DNA of 64,000 nucleotides from Pristiophorus japonicus (Eukaryota), in contig NC_091990.1 of assembly GCF_044704955.1 (NCBI RefSeq), positions 84,196,001-84,260,000 on the forward strand. The letters are read 5' to 3'. Below, piece by piece: positions 11,845-24,840 of the stretch; within the stretch, counting starts at the first letter, position 1, and every line of letters starts with the position of its first letter. The notes under the pieces were generated by a model that had not been told where the DNA came from, ran no database searches, and worked only from the letters and a program-made list of their open reading frames with translations. Made by a program: the position numbers and the translations under genes.

Positions 11845-13680
11845 TATTCGTTCATGGGATTTGGGCGTGGCTGGCAAAGCTGGTATTTATTGCCCATCCC
11901 TAATTGCGCTTAAGAAGGTGGTGGTGAGCCACCTTCTTGACAACTGAATGGCTTGTTTGGCCATTTCAGAGGGCCGTTATGAGTCAAACACATTGCTATG
12001 GGTCTGGAGTCACATATAGGCCAGACCGGGTAATGATGGCAGATTTCCTTCCATAACGGACATTAAGATCATAAGAAATAGGAGCAGGAGTAGGCCATTT
12101 GGCCCCTTGAGCCTGCTCCCCCATTTAATATGATCATGGTTGATCTGATCATGGGCTCCGCTCCACTTCCCTACTTGCTCCCCATAACCCTTTATTCCCT
12201 TATCGTTCAAAAATCTGTCTATCTCCATATATTCATTTAACATATTCAATGACCCAGCCTCCACAGCTCGCTGGGGCAGAGAATTCCACAGATTCATGAC
12301 TCTCAGAGAAGAAATTCCTCCTCATCTCAGTTTTAAATGGGCGACCACTTGTTCTGAAACTATGCCCCTAGTTCTAGATTCCCCCACGAGTGGAAACATC
12401 CTCTCTGCATCCACATTGTCGAGCCCCCTCAGTATCTTATATGTTTCAATAAGATCACCTCTCATTCTCCTAAACTCCAATGAGCATAGGCCTAACCTGC
12501 TCAACCATTTTTCATTAGTCAACCATTTCATCTCAGGAATCGACCTAGTGAACCTTCTCTGAACTGCCACCAATGCAAGTATATCCCTCCTTAAATTCGG
12601 AGACCAAAACTGTACACAGTACTCTAGGTGTGGTCTCACCAATACCCTGTACAGTTGTAGCAGGATTTGTCTGGTTTTATACTCCATCCCCCTTGCAATA
12701 AAGGCCAACATTCCATTTGCCTTCCTGGTTACTTGCTGTACCTGCATACTAACTTTTTGTGTTTCATGCACAAGGACCCCCAGGTCTCTCTGTTCTGCAG
12801 CACTTTGTAATCTCGCTTCATTTAAATAATAATTTGCTTTTTATTTTCCTACCATTTATTTTCCTACCTCACATTTTCTCACATTATACTCCATCTGCTA
12901 AATTTTTGCTCACTCACTTAGCCTTTCTATATCCCTTTGCAGATTTTTTGTGTCCTCCTCACAATTTGTTTTCCCACCCATCTTTGTATCATCAGCAAAC
13001 TTGGCTACATTGCACTCGGTCCCTTCATGCAAGTCATTCATATAGATTGTAAATAGTTGAGGCCCCAGCACCAATTCCTGTGGCACCCCACTAGTTACTG
13101 TTTGCAACTGGAAAATGACCATTTCTCCTCTGGTTTCTGTTAGTTAGCCAATCCTCTATCTATTCTAATATATTACCCCCAATCCCATGAGCTCTTATCT
13201 TGTAACCTTTTATGTGGCACCTTACCGAATGCCTTCTGGAAATCCAAATACACCACATCCACTGGCTCCCCCTTATCCACCCTGCTTGTTACATCCTCAA
13301 AGAACTCCAGCAAATGTGTCAAACATGATTTCACAAAACCATGCTGACTCTGCTTGATTGAATTATGTTTTTCCAAATGTCCTGCTACTGCTTCCTTAAT
13401 AATGGACTCCAGCATTTTTCCAACAACAAATGTTGGGCTAACTAGTCTATAGTTTCCTGCTTTCTGTCTCCCTGCATTTTTCATGAACCGGATGGATCTT
13501 TACAACTATACATTATTTTCATGGTCACTATTACTGATACTAGCTTTCATATTCCAGATTTATTTAATTAACTGAATTTAAATTCCCCATGAGCCGTGCT
13601 GGGATTTGACCTCACGTCTCACGTCTCATTAGTCCAGGTCTCGGGATTACTAGTCCAGTAACATAACCAGTATGCCACCA
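11845..13680 (-). mobile_element. tRNA-derived SINE split by a CR1 insertion (pieces 11845-12065 and 13485-13680)
   Basis: Minus-strand head ggtggcatactggttatgttactggactagtaatcc...gtcaaatccc resembles Pol III A/B boxes; LINE-like tail ...gggcaataaatacc...cccatgaacgaat plus T-run; the two pieces read continuously across the CR1. Confidence 0.7.
12066..13484 (-). mobile_element. CR1 LINE, 5'-truncated, frameshifted
   Basis: Minus ORFs GNYRLVS, YLDFQKAF, GVPQ..LGPQLF, KFADDTK, RPHLEYCVQFWSP; same subfamily as 670-2157. Confidence 0.95.
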
Positions 13681-14072
13681 TGTCCCTTTATTATTTCAGA
13701 AGGGAGGGAAGGCGAAACCAGGAACCTGCAGACCTGTCAGTTGTAGAAAGTTATTGGAACCTATCAGAGACAGAGTGGCTGAGCATTTCGACAAGTATGA
13801 GCTGATCACAGAGAGACAGCATGAATTTGTGGAGTAAGTCATGTCTGACTAATCAAGTTGACATTTTTGAGGAGGTCACTAACATGGTGGATACAGGTGT
13901 GTAAATGGACGTTGTCCATATGGACTTCCAGGAGGCATTTGATGAGGTTCCACACAAGAGATTATTAGCAAAAATGAGAACTCATGGAACTGAAGGTAAT
14001 CTTGGTACATGAGTTGAAAATTGGGTGGGAGATAGGAAACAGTGGGTAGGAATAAAGGGTTCATGCTCTACA

Positions 14073-15657
14073 ACACAGGACTACCTACATGCTAAACAGC
14101 AGAAGCGGCATGCAATAGACAGAGCTAAGTGATCCCACAATCAACGGATCAGATCAAAGCTCTGCAGTCCTGCTACATCCAATCATGAATGGTGTAGACA
14201 ATTAAACAACTAACGTGAGGAGGAGGTTCCATGAATATCCCCACCCTCAATGATGGCAAAGCCCACCACGTAAGTGTAAAAGACAAGGCTGATGCATTTG
14301 CAACCATCTTCAGCCAGAAGTGCCGAGTGGATGATCCATATGGAGATCCCCACCATCACAGAAGCCAGTTTTCTGCCAATTCAATTCACTCCACGTGATA
14401 TCAAGAAAAGACGGAGCTCACTTCATACAGCAAAGGTTATGAGCCCCGACAACATCCCGGTTGTTATGCTGAACACTTGTGCTCCAGAACTAGCCGCACC
14501 TCTAGCCAAGCTGTTCCAGTACAGCTACAACACTGGCATCTACCCGACAAAGTGGAAAACTGTCCAGGTATGTCCTGTCCACAAAAAACAGGACAAATTC
14601 AATCCGGTCAATTACCGCCCCATCAGCCGACTCTCAATCATCAGCAAAGTGATGGAAGGTGTCGTCGACAGTGCTATCAAGTGGCACTTACTCACCAATA
14701 ACCTGCTCAGCGATGTCCAGTTTGGGTTCCACCAGGACCACTCGGCTCCAGACCTTGGTCCAAACATGGACAAAAGAGCTGACTTCCAGAAGTGAGGTGA
14801 GAGTGACTGCCCTTGACATCAAGGCAGCATTTGACTTAGTGTAGCATTAAGGAGCCCTAGTAAAATTGAAGTCAATGAGAATCAGGGGGAAAACTTTCCA
14901 CTGGCTGGAGTCATACTGAGCACAAAGGAAGATGGTTGTGGTTGTCGGAGGTTAATTAGCTCAGCCCCAGGACATCGCTGCAGGAGTTCCTCAGGGCAGT
15001 GTCCTAGGCCCAACCATCTTCAGCTGCTTCAAAAATGACCTTCCCTCCATCATAAGGTCAGAGGTGAGGATGTTCACTGATGATTGCACAGTGTTCAGTT
15101 CCATTCGCAACTCCTTAGATAATGGAGCAATCCATGCCCGCATGCAGCACAATCTGGATTACATTCTGGCTTGGGCTGATAAGTGGCAAGTAACATTTGT
15201 GCCAAGCAATGACTATCTCCAACATGCGAGAGTCTAACCACCGTCCCTTAACATTCAACGGCATTAACTTCACCGAATCCCCCACCATCAACATCCTGGG
15301 GGTCATCATTGACCAGAAACTTAACTGGACCAGCCACAGAGATACTGTGTCTACAAGAGCAGGTCAGAGGCTGGGTATTCTGCAGCGAGTGTCTCACCTC
15401 CTGACTGCCCAAAGTCTTTTCACCATCGACGAGGCACAAGTCAAGAGTGTGATGGAATACTCTCCAAGTGCCTGGATGAGTGTAGCTACAACAACACTCA
15501 AGAAGCTCAACGCCATCCAGGACAAAGCAGTCCACTTGATTGGCACCCCATCCACCACCTTAAACATTCACTCCCTCCACCACAGGCGCACCGTGGCTGC
15601 AGTGTGCACCATCTACAAGATGCACTGCAGCAACTCACCAAGGCTTCTTCGGCAGCC
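14073..15657 (+). mobile_element. Non-LTR retrotransposon RT fragment of a second CR1-group family
   Basis: PELAAPLAKLFQ...[64 protein letters not shown]; stops and frameshifts. Confidence 0.88.
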
Positions 15658-15823
15658 TTGATCCGTAGATTCACCAGAATGATACCAATGCTTACAGGGT
15701 TAAATAAAGAGGTTGGCACTCCACCTCACATAGAAACAACAATGGTTGGAAAGTCTATTAAAGTTTGGTTGCTCCATCTCTTGCTAATTATTGGACACTA
15801 GGAAATGCATTTTTAAATATTTA

Positions 15824-16623
15824 GGGGCTGAACTTGCCCACCGCCAGAGACCTATCCTGTTTCAGCGGTTTTTACCGGCGTGGTGGATGCGGTGGCCCTT
15901 GAGCGAAATTCCATTCTTAGCCTTATTTTTTACAGCGGCCCAGAAGTCGGTCATAATGGGAGTGGAAGTGCGGTGGTGATTGGAAGTTTGCGCACCAGAG
16001 GGGCGGAAGTGGGGGCCAGGCGGAGTGTCCGCCGCTGTCACTCAGCAGCGTAGTGCTGATGTCATCATCACGCTGGTGCGTCACCACAGCTCTCCCCTTC
16101 ACTTAAAGGGGAGAGCCGCTGCCATTCTTTAAGTTAGGTCCACTGTGCCACCAGGGAGGGTTTCAGCTGGGCCAGCGGCCTGCCACCCAGCGGCCTGGCC
16201 GAAAACGGGGGCATAATTGTCAGCCCGACATGGCGGTCAGCCGACAAAAATTATAAGATGGCGGCCATGGCAGTTGCTCCTCCCTTTAATGGCAGCCACA
16301 CCGCCATTTTGAGCACACTCCAAGCACAGTGCACCGGCAGAAAAAGCTGCGGGTGGCACCAAGCGGCAGCAAGATTTTCTCGGCGGAATTTTGCGATCAT
16401 CGGGGGGGGGAATCATCAGCGGTGCGCGCTCTGATGGCACACTTAGGATGGATCGGCAGCAGTGGGGCGTAGTGGGGGGAGCGGGTCACCGCTGGGATAC
16501 CGCAGCAGTGGAATTTTCAAAATGGCAGCCATTCCACAAAAAATCGGTGGTCATTGCACTCCGCAGCATGGTTGCCAATTTCCGGCGGTAACAGGCCTGA
16601 AGGGAAGGGGCAATTTCGGCCGC
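15824..16623. mobile_element. Non-autonomous PIF/Harbinger-type element (MITE), 800 bp
   Basis: Imperfect TIRs ggggctgaacttgccc / gggcaatttcggccgc (13/16) flanked by TTA on both sides (15821-15823, 16624-16626); GC-rich interior with no coding similarity. Confidence 0.8.
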
Positions 16624-16989
16624 TTAAACTCTTGTGGTCTGATTCAATCTTTTGTGTTTCTGCACATCTTTCAGTTTGTTTCTGCTTCTATTTAATTATT
16701 TTATCTGTAAATAAATATGCTGGTGGTTTTAGCTTGAAGGAACAGTTTCACAGCATGATAGTGACCAGCTTTTGGCAGTGGGTGAGAGTGTGAGGTGGAT
16801 ATTCCACATGGTCATTGGTGCATGGGATTGTGCTCAAGGGGTAACTATTCACCCTTGGCTCCCTATCCCATTCATAGCATGCACAGAGGTTTACGTTTCA
16901 TGTCATATGGGTCTCGGTCTTCTGCCTTTTTGCTGAGTGCAAGTTAAAAGTGTTGTAAGGGTGGTATTCTATGCACCTCAATGTGCAGT

Positions 16990-17150
16990 AACAGATTATC
17001 TGCTCATTACCACATTGCTGTTTGTGGGACCTTGCTGTGCACAAAGTGTCTGCTGCCTTTCCTACATTGCAACTGTGACTACACTCCGAAAGTGCTTTGG
17101 GACGTCCTGAAGTCATGAGAGGCACTTTATAAGTGCAAGATTTCTTTTTT
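16990..17150 (+). mobile_element. SINE 3' fragment with L2-like tail
   Basis: cacattgctgtttgtgggaccttgctgtgc...gctttgggacgtcctgaagtcatgagaggcactttataagtgcaag; related copies at 18280-18485 (-) and 31562-31675 (+). Confidence 0.7.
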
Positions 17151-17382
17151 CCTCTTATGAGATCTCTGTCTGAATGAGGCACTGTACAGATTAATGGAGC
17201 TTTGTCTAATCTCTGGGCATTAAAGGAATAATGTATATTACTAGGCCATTAGCAGGATCTCTGCTGTAATAAAGAGGTACTTTGCTGGATCTGTGTGTAA
17301 AGCAGCATTCTGGAGTACAGCAAGTAACAGATGCATTGTACAGAGTTGTGTTCTTTAAAGGAGCAGCGTGTGCATCTTTTCC

Positions 17383-17812
17383 GTCGTGGGACGCCCCGAC
17401 CTGTGTGAGAACACTACCGCAGGCCGGGGCTATAAATAGAGCTGGAGCGCCGGGCCCTGGAACATCGTGGGCGGAGGTGCGGCGAATGAGGTTACGGGGC
17501 CCAGAAGAGCCGAGGGCCCAGGGGCAGCACAGGCCAGCTCACACTGCGACATGTCGGCGCACTAGGTCCGTGCAGCAGAGCAGTTCTCCAGTTGTCTTGG
17601 TTAACCCTTGCCACTGGATAAAGGCCGAGCTCTGTCGAGTCCATGTGGTGGCTGATGTGCAACGGTCACCACACGTTAAAAAAATCCACACACGGGCATC
17701 TTCCACCCCCTCAACTGGAGTTCAGGACTGGAACATCGGGTCCCTCATTAAAACATCTGTGAACTCCTGTGGAAGCAAGTCATCCTCGTTCGAGGGACCG
17801 CCTATGATGATG
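17383..17812 (+). mobile_element. RTE-derived internally deleted short element (RTE 5' region fused to RTE 3' tail)
   Basis: Its 3' half matches the RTE 5'UTR/ORF start at 25860-26016, then jumps to the RTE tail ggaagcaagtcatcctcg...gcctatgatgatg also seen at 31385-31430 and 33063-33104. Confidence 0.8.
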
Positions 17813-17833
17813 TGTGCATCTTGGTGTGTGCCA

Positions 17834-17930
17834 AAAGGGCATTGTACAGACCTCTGCCTGGTATAAAAGGGCATTGTACAGACCTCTGCCTGTATAAAAG
17901 GGCATTGTACAGACCTCTGCCTGTATAAAA
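17834..17930. repeat. ~32-33-bp tandem repeat, 3 copies
   Basis: aaagggcattgtacagacctctgcctg(g)tataa x3; degenerate copies follow. Confidence 0.9.
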
Positions 17931-18279
17931 GAGGTTTTGTGTGGATCTCGCCATATATTAAACAGGCATTGTACGGATCCATGTGTGTATTAAAATAGCA
18001 GTGTGCGGGCCCAGGGACATGTTACAGCCCCTGGTGTGTATTAAAGGCACACTGCATAGACCTCAGTGAGTATGATAAGGGAGATTGTCATACTGCAGAC
18101 GCTGGGAAAGCCCGTGGCCAAATCTCCATGTCAGCACTGGCCAATTGCACACCAGCTGATAAACGGATGGCTGATTGTAATCTGAACTAATGCCAGTAAT
18201 GACTTGGTCATTACTAACTGCATTCTCCCACTCCTCTGGTTCCTGGCCTGGTTGAAAGGCAGGCTAGTTCTGTTGAAAG

Positions 18280-18485
18280 ACAGAAAGACAGACTGGGATT
18301 GATATAGCGCCTTTCATGGCCACCAGCAAAACGCTTTACAGCCAATCGAGTACTTTTGGAGTGTAGACACTGTTGTAATGTCGGAAGTGCGGCAGCCAAT
18401 GCATGCACAGTAAGCTCCCACAAACAGCTATGTGATAATGACCCAGATCATATGTTTTTGTTATGTTGATTCAGAGATAAATACC
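18280..18485 (-). mobile_element. SINE 3' fragment with L2-like tail
   Basis: Reverse complement resembles 16990-17150. Confidence 0.7.
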
Positions 18486-18781
18486 AGGCCAACAAAGCAC
18501 CTTTATAATACCTTTTGAAGGAGGTTCCCAATTTCACATTGTCGGCTTTTATTCTGGAACAACCCAGGAAATCCACAGAACAACTTGCGATTTTATTTTT
18601 TTTGTCATGTAGGCCAAGGAAAAATGTTGTCCTTGCATAATCGTATGTGCAGTTAACTAATGTACGTGGTGTTATCGGTATGTGAAGTTAACTAATGGGA
18701 CGTGGCGTTAACTGTACATGGAGTTACCCAACAATATGTGGAGTTAACCAATGGTATGTGGAGTTAACGGTACGAGGAGTT

Positions 18782-19172
18782 CATTATAGGCAGTCCCGAG
18801 GATGACTTGCTTCCACTCTAAAAGTGAGTTCTCAGGTGACTGAAGAATCCAATGTGAGAATTACAGTCTCTGTCACAGGTGGGGCACAGAGTGGTTGAAG
18901 GAAAGGGTGGGTGGGGAGCCTGGGTTGAGGCATGCTCCTTCCGCTGTCTACGCATAGTTTTTGCTTGTTCTCGGCGATGGGACTTGAGGTGCTCAGCGCC
19001 CTCCCGGATGCTCTTTCTTCACTTAGGGCAGTCTTGGGCCAGGGATTCCCAGGTGTCAGCGGGGATGTTGTACTTTATCAAGGAGACTTTGAGGGTGTCC
19101 TTGAAGTGTTTCCTCTGCCCACCTTTGGCCCACTTGCCGTGTTGAAGCTGCACGTAGAGTGCTTACTTTGGG
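18782..19172 (-). mobile_element. RTE LINE 3' fragment
   Basis: Reverse complement matches 32770-33104 (GGQRKHFKDTLK, WESLAQD..KW, 3' tail). Confidence 0.88.
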
Positions 19173-19321
19173 AGATACGAAGAGTTAATTATCAGTTAGT
19201 GTCCCATGGCACGCAACTATGAGGGCTGTACTTAAAACCCAAACCAATGCATTGTAGCACACAGTAAAACCAATACTCGCTACACTCCTCCATAAGCAAC
19301 AAGTCAAAAGGAAACCCGATT

Positions 19322-20745
19322 TCAACAGCAGTTTACATTTATATAGCACCTTTTATGTCAAACGTCCCAAGGTGCTTCACAGGAGCGTTATCAAACAAAA
19401 TTTGACATCGAGCCACATAAGTAGTCATTAGGGTAGATGACCAAAAGCTTGGTCAAAGAAGTAGGTTTTAAGGAGGAGAGAGAGGTAGAGAGGCGGAGAG
19501 GTTTGGGGAGGAAATTCCAGAGTTTAGAGGCTAGGCAGCTGATGGCACGGCCACTAATAGTGAAGCAATTAAAATCGAGAGGCTATAAACATAGAAACAT
19601 AGAAAATAGGTGCAGGAGTAGGCCATTCGGCCCTTCGAGCCTGCACCGCCATTCAATAAGATCATGGCTGATCATTCCCTCAGTACCCCTTACCTGCTTT
19701 CTCTCCATACCCCTTGATCCCTTTAGCTGTAGGTGCCACATCTAACTCCCTCTTGAATATATCCAATGAACTGGCATTCTCAACTCTCTGCGGCAGGGAA
19801 TTCCACAGGTTACCAACTCTCTGAGTGAACAAGTTTCTCCTTATCTCAGTCCTAAATGGCTTACACCTTATCTTAAGACTATGTCCCCTGGATCTGGACT
19901 TCCCCAACATCGAGAACATTCTTCCCGCATCTAACCTGTCCAGTCCCGTCAGAATCTTATATGTTTCTATGAGATCCCCTCTCATCCTTCTAAACTCCAG
20001 TGAATAAAGGTCCAGTTGATCCAGTCTCTCCTCATATGACAGTCCAGCCATCCCGGGAATCAGTCTGGTGAACCTTCGCTACACTCCCTCAATAACAAGA
20101 ACTCCTTCCTCCGATTAGGAGAACAAAACTGAACACAATATTCCAGGTGAGGAGCAGAGAGATCTCGGAGTGTTTCAGGGCAGGAGAAGAGCTGAGATAG
20201 GGAGGGATGAGGCCATAGAAAGATTTGAAAACAACGATAAGAGTTTTCAAATCGATGCATTGCCGGACCAGGAGCCAGTGTCAGTCAGCGAGCACAGGGG
20301 TGATGGATGAGCAGGACTTGGTGCAAGCCAGTATACAGGCAGCAGAGTTTGGGATGAGCTCAGGTTTACGGAGGGTGCAAGGTAAAGGTGGGCCAGCAGA
20401 GCATTGGAAAAGTCGAGTCTAGAGGTAACAAAGGCATGGATGAAGGCTTCAGCAGATGAACTGAGGCAGGGGCGGAGACGGGCGATGTTGCTCAGGTAGC
20501 AGTGGCCGATCTTGGTGATGGAGCGGTTCTGGGGGTCGGAAACTCAGCTTGGGGTCAATTGGACGCCATGGTTGCGAGTGGTCAGGTTCAGCCTCAGACA
20601 TTGGCCAGGAAGGGGAATGAAGTTGGTGGGTTGGGAACAGAGTTTGTGGAGGGGATGAACACAATGCCTTCAATCTTCCCAATATTTAATTGGAGCAAAT
20701 TTCTGCTAATCCAGTACTGGATGCTGGAGAAGCATCGTGACCAAT
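19322..20745 (-). mobile_element. L2 LINE 3' fragment interrupted by CR1
   Basis: L2-type 3' end (atttatatagcacc...cccaaggtgcttcac on +); 20150-20710 is homologous to the reverse complement of 150-632. Confidence 0.78.
19587..20149 (-). mobile_element. CR1 3' fragment nested in L2
   Basis: catagaaacatagaaa tail; ORF ERLDQLDLYSLEFRRMRGDLIETYKIL...GIKGYGEKAG. Confidence 0.93.
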
Positions 20746-20940
20746 CAGACAATGAAAATATCCCTTCGCCCTGATGAAATTTTTATTTGCGGTGAGAGTC
20801 AATAATTGGATCGATGAGTCGTTACACTGGATCTAGCTCACGATTCCCTAAGCTCTTTGTGGTGACTTGGGGGAACGATTGTAGTCAGAAAACAAAGAGC
20901 AGAGAGTGAGACAACAGACCTGGCAGCCCGGCAGTCTGAC

Positions 20941-23250
20941 CCCTACTCACACCCGTACACAAGGCCCTCACACATCTGTACCTACTCACACCCGTACACA
21001 AGGCACGTACACATCTGTACTTACTCACACCCGTACACAAGGCATGTACACATCTGTACCTTCTCACGCCTGTACACAAGGCCCTCACACATCTGTACTT
21101 ACTCACACCCGTACACAAGGCCCTCACACATCTGTACCTACTCACACCCGTACACAAGGCACGTACACATCTGTACTTACTCACACCCGTACACAAGGCA
21201 TGTACACATCTGTACCTTCTCACGCCTGTACACAAGGCCCTCACACATCTGTACTTACTCACGCCCGTACACAAGGCCCTCACACATCTGTACCTACTCA
21301 CACCCGTACACAAGGCACGTACACATCTGTACTTACTCACACCCGTACACAAGGCATGTACACATCTGTACCTACTCACACCTGTACACAAGGCCCTCAC
21401 ACATCTGTACCTACTCACACCCGTACACAAGGCCCGTACACATCTGTACCTACTCACACCTGTACACAAGGCCCTCACACGTCTGCCCCCTACTCATGCC
21501 CGTACACAAGGCCCTCACACATCTGTACCTACTCACACCCGTACACAAGGCACGTACACATCTGTACCTACTCACACCCGTACACAAGGCACGTACACAT
21601 CTATACCTACTCACACCCGTACACAAGGCCCTACACATCTGTACCTACTCACACCCGTACACAAGGCCCTCACACATCTGTACTTACTCACACCCGTACA
21701 CAAGGCACGTACACATCTGTACCTACTCACACCCGTACACAAGGCACGTACACATCTATACCTACTCACACCCGTACACAAGGCCCTCACACATCTGTAC
21801 CTACTCACACCTGTACACAAGGCCCGTACACATCTGTACCTACTCACACCTGTACACAAGGCCCTCACACGTCTGTCCCCGACTCACGCCCGTACACAAG
21901 GCCCTCACACATCTGTACCTACTCACACCCGTACACAAGGCATGTACACATCTGTACCTACTCACACCCGTACACAAGGCCCGTACACATCTGTACCTAC
22001 TCACACCTGTACACAAGGCCCTCACACGTCTGCCCCCTACTCACGCCCGTACACAAGGCCCTCACGTGTCTGCCCCCTACTCACACCTGTACACAAGGCC
22101 CTCACATGTCTGCCCCCTACTCACACCCGTACACAAGGCCCTCACACATCTGTACTTACTCACACCCGTACACAAGGCACGTACACATCTGTACCTACTC
22201 ACACCCGTACACAAGGCACGTACACATCTATACCTACTCACACCCGTACACAAGGCCCTACACATCTGTACCTACTCACACCCGTACACAAGGCACGTAC
22301 ACATCTGTACTTACTCACACCCGTACACAAGGCATGTACACATCTGTACCTACTCACACCCGTACACAAGGCCCTCACACATCTGTACCTACTCACACCT
22401 GTACACAAGGCCCGTACACATCTGTACCTACTCACACCTGTACACAAGGCCCTCACACGTCTGTCCCCGACTCACGCCCGTACACAAGGCCCTCACACAT
22501 CTGTACCTACTCACACCCGTACACAAGGCATGTACACATCTGTACCTACTCACACCCGTACACAAGGCCCGTACACATCTGTACCTACTCACACCTGTAC
22601 ACAAGGCCCTCACACGTCTGCCCCCTACTCACGCCCGTACACAAGGCCCTCACGTGTCTGCCCCCTACTCACACCTGTACACAAGGCCCTCACACGTGTG
22701 CCCCCTACTCACGCCCGTACACAAGGCCCTCACATGTCTGCCCCCTACTCACACCTGTACACAAGGCCCTCACACGTCTGCCCCCTACTAACGCCCGTAC
22801 ACAAGGCCTGTACACATCTGTACCTACTCACGCCCGTACACAAGGCCCGTACACATCTGTACCTACTCACACCCGTACACAAGGCCCGTACACATCTGTA
22901 CCGACTCACGCCCGTACACAAGGCCCGTACACATCTGTACTTACTCACACCCATACACAAGGCCCGTACACATCTGTACCTACTCACGCCCGTACACAAG
23001 TCCCGTACACATCTGTACCTACTCACACCTGTACACAAGGCCCTTATACATCTGTTCTTACTCACACCCATACACAAGGCCCTCACACATCTGCCCCCTA
23101 CTCACACCCATACACAAGGCCCTCACACATCTGTGCTTACTCACGCCCATACACAAGGCCCGTACACATCTGTACCTACTCACACCTGTACACAAGGCCC
23201 TCACACGTCTGTACCTACTCACACCCGTACACAAGACCCTCACACATCTG
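20941..23250. repeat. 39-bp minisatellite, ~59 copies, with a 588-bp internal duplication
   Basis: Unit cctactcacacccgtacacaaggccctcacacatctgta with 38/40-bp variants; identical minus ORFs at 21840-22025 and 22428-22613 are offset by 588 bp. Confidence 0.95.
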
Positions 23251-23484
23251 TCTGCTGTTCAGGGCAAAGGAAACCGCAACATGTCAGCAGAACTGGAGAA
23301 TAAACCAACAACCAAAAAACAGGTTCAATAAATAAAGTGCTGGTCTTGCACTGGTGCACAGCCCCTTCCACTTCGATCAGTTACCAGAAATGTGCGTCTG
23401 TCATTCTCACAATATACAAAGGCAGAGGTGGGAATCTGAGAGCAAGTTACAAGGAACACACAGAATGGAACATCTTCACTCCAA

Positions 23485-23697
23485 TATCATCATAGGCAGT
23501 CCTTCGGAATCGAGAAAGACTTGCTTCCACTCTAAAAATGAGTCCTTAGGTGGCTGAACAGTCCAATAGGGGAACCACAGTCCCTGTAACAGGTGGGACA
23601 GAGAGTGGTTGAAGGAAAGGGTGGGTGGGGCAGGTTTGCCACACGCTCTTTCTGCTGCCTGCGTTTGATTTCTGCGTGCTCTCGGCGATGAGACTCA
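23485..23697 (-). mobile_element. RTE LINE 3' end fragment
   Basis: atcatcataggcagtcc...gacttgcttccactctaaaaatgag on + is the reverse complement of the RTE 3' end. Confidence 0.88.
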
Positions 23698-23951
23698 AAT
23701 AGTCTCATTCACAAACACAGTGGGGGCAATGACTGCAGAGGCAGCGGGCAAAGGCCACAGGCTTCATAGCAGACCAGCATGGAGCGGGCCAGGGAGATGG
23801 CCACAGAGGGCAAGCAAGTGAGGTGGCACATGAAGGCCTCAGCAAGGGCCTCTGCCAAGAAGGAGTCAGAAGGGAAGCAAGAGACGTGCCACATGAAGGG
23901 CCTCCCCCAAGGAGCCGACCCCGCCCCCCCTCCCCCCCCACCCACCAGATA

Positions 23952-24840
23952 ATGGGCGATCAGACCAGGAAACAGTCTGCAGCAGAGCCAGATGATGGGC
24001 AGCAGCAGCCTGTAGAGTTGGAGGAGGCAGAACAGCAGCAGGGAGCATCCAATGAGTCACCTCACAGAGCAAGACAGCCAGACAAAAGTGGGGGCGAGAG
24101 GGCATATTGCAGAAGGGTCTTCCGCCATCAACTCGCATACACTGTTACGAGTGATGATCAGTGCCTGCGCAGTCTGAGATTACAGAAGGACGTTGTCACT
24201 AAGATCTGTAATCTCCTGCAGCCGGAATTGGAGCCACGGACACGGGTGAGGACAGCCCTGAACGTGGCATCGAAGGTTACTACAGCCCTCAGCTTTTATG
24301 TCACAGGCTCGTTCTGAGCTGCCACTGCGGATATCTGCAACATTTCCCAGTTTTCAGCCCACACAGCGATACGTGAGGGCACAGATGCTCTGTATAGGAG
24401 GAGGGCCGACTACATCTCCTTCCCTGTGACCAGGCAGAAGCAATTGGAGCTCCAGACTGCATTCATGCGCATTGCGCGCTTCCCCAGGGTCCAGGGGGTG
24501 ATTGACTGCACCCATGTAGGTCTCAGGGCCCCCCACCAGGCTGCAGAGCAATTTAGAAACTGCCAGGGCAATGTACAACTCGTTTGTGACCACAACCACA
24601 AGATTCTGCAAGTGGATGCCCGGTACCCTGGCAGCATCCATGACTCATTCATACTGTGCCAGAGCGATGTGTCACACCTCTTCACTGGTCCCAAGGGACA
24701 TTGCAGCTGGCTCCTGGGTGACAAGGGCTACGCACTGAGCACTTGGCTCATAACTCCTCTGTTCAACCCGAGAACTGATGGACAGCTCGCGTACAATGCG
24801 AGTCTGACGGCCACCAGGACATCATCAAGCACACGATAGG
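23952..24840 (+). pseudogene. PIF/Harbinger DDE transposase (HARBI1-like) pseudogene
   Basis: KVTTALSFYVTGSF*...FPRVQGVIDCTHV...NVQLVCD...ARYPGSIHDSFIL...WLLGDKGY...WLITP...YN; in-frame stop at 24315-24317 and C-terminal truncation. Confidence 0.9.

Larger units (their letters stand above)
11742..14070 (+). mobile_element. Old CR1 RT fragment (11742-11835 and 13685-14070) interrupted by a SINE and a younger CR1
   Basis: IADALVIIF...DWKIA before the SINE; after it LFQKGG...RPVS, SCLTN, FEEVT, DFQEAFDEVPHKRLL; many stops. Confidence 0.75.

Noticed and set aside
13600-13680. tRNA gene on the minus strand
   Set aside because: Degenerate tRNA-like head continuous with a SINE body; no full cloverleaf
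20885-23335. 809/453/431-aa repeat ORFs
   Set aside because: By-product of a stop-free 39-bp minisatellite with frameshifting 38/40-bp variants
23952-24840. Domesticated host HARBI1 gene
   Set aside because: In-frame stop, apparent small deletion and truncated C-terminus indicate a transposon relic
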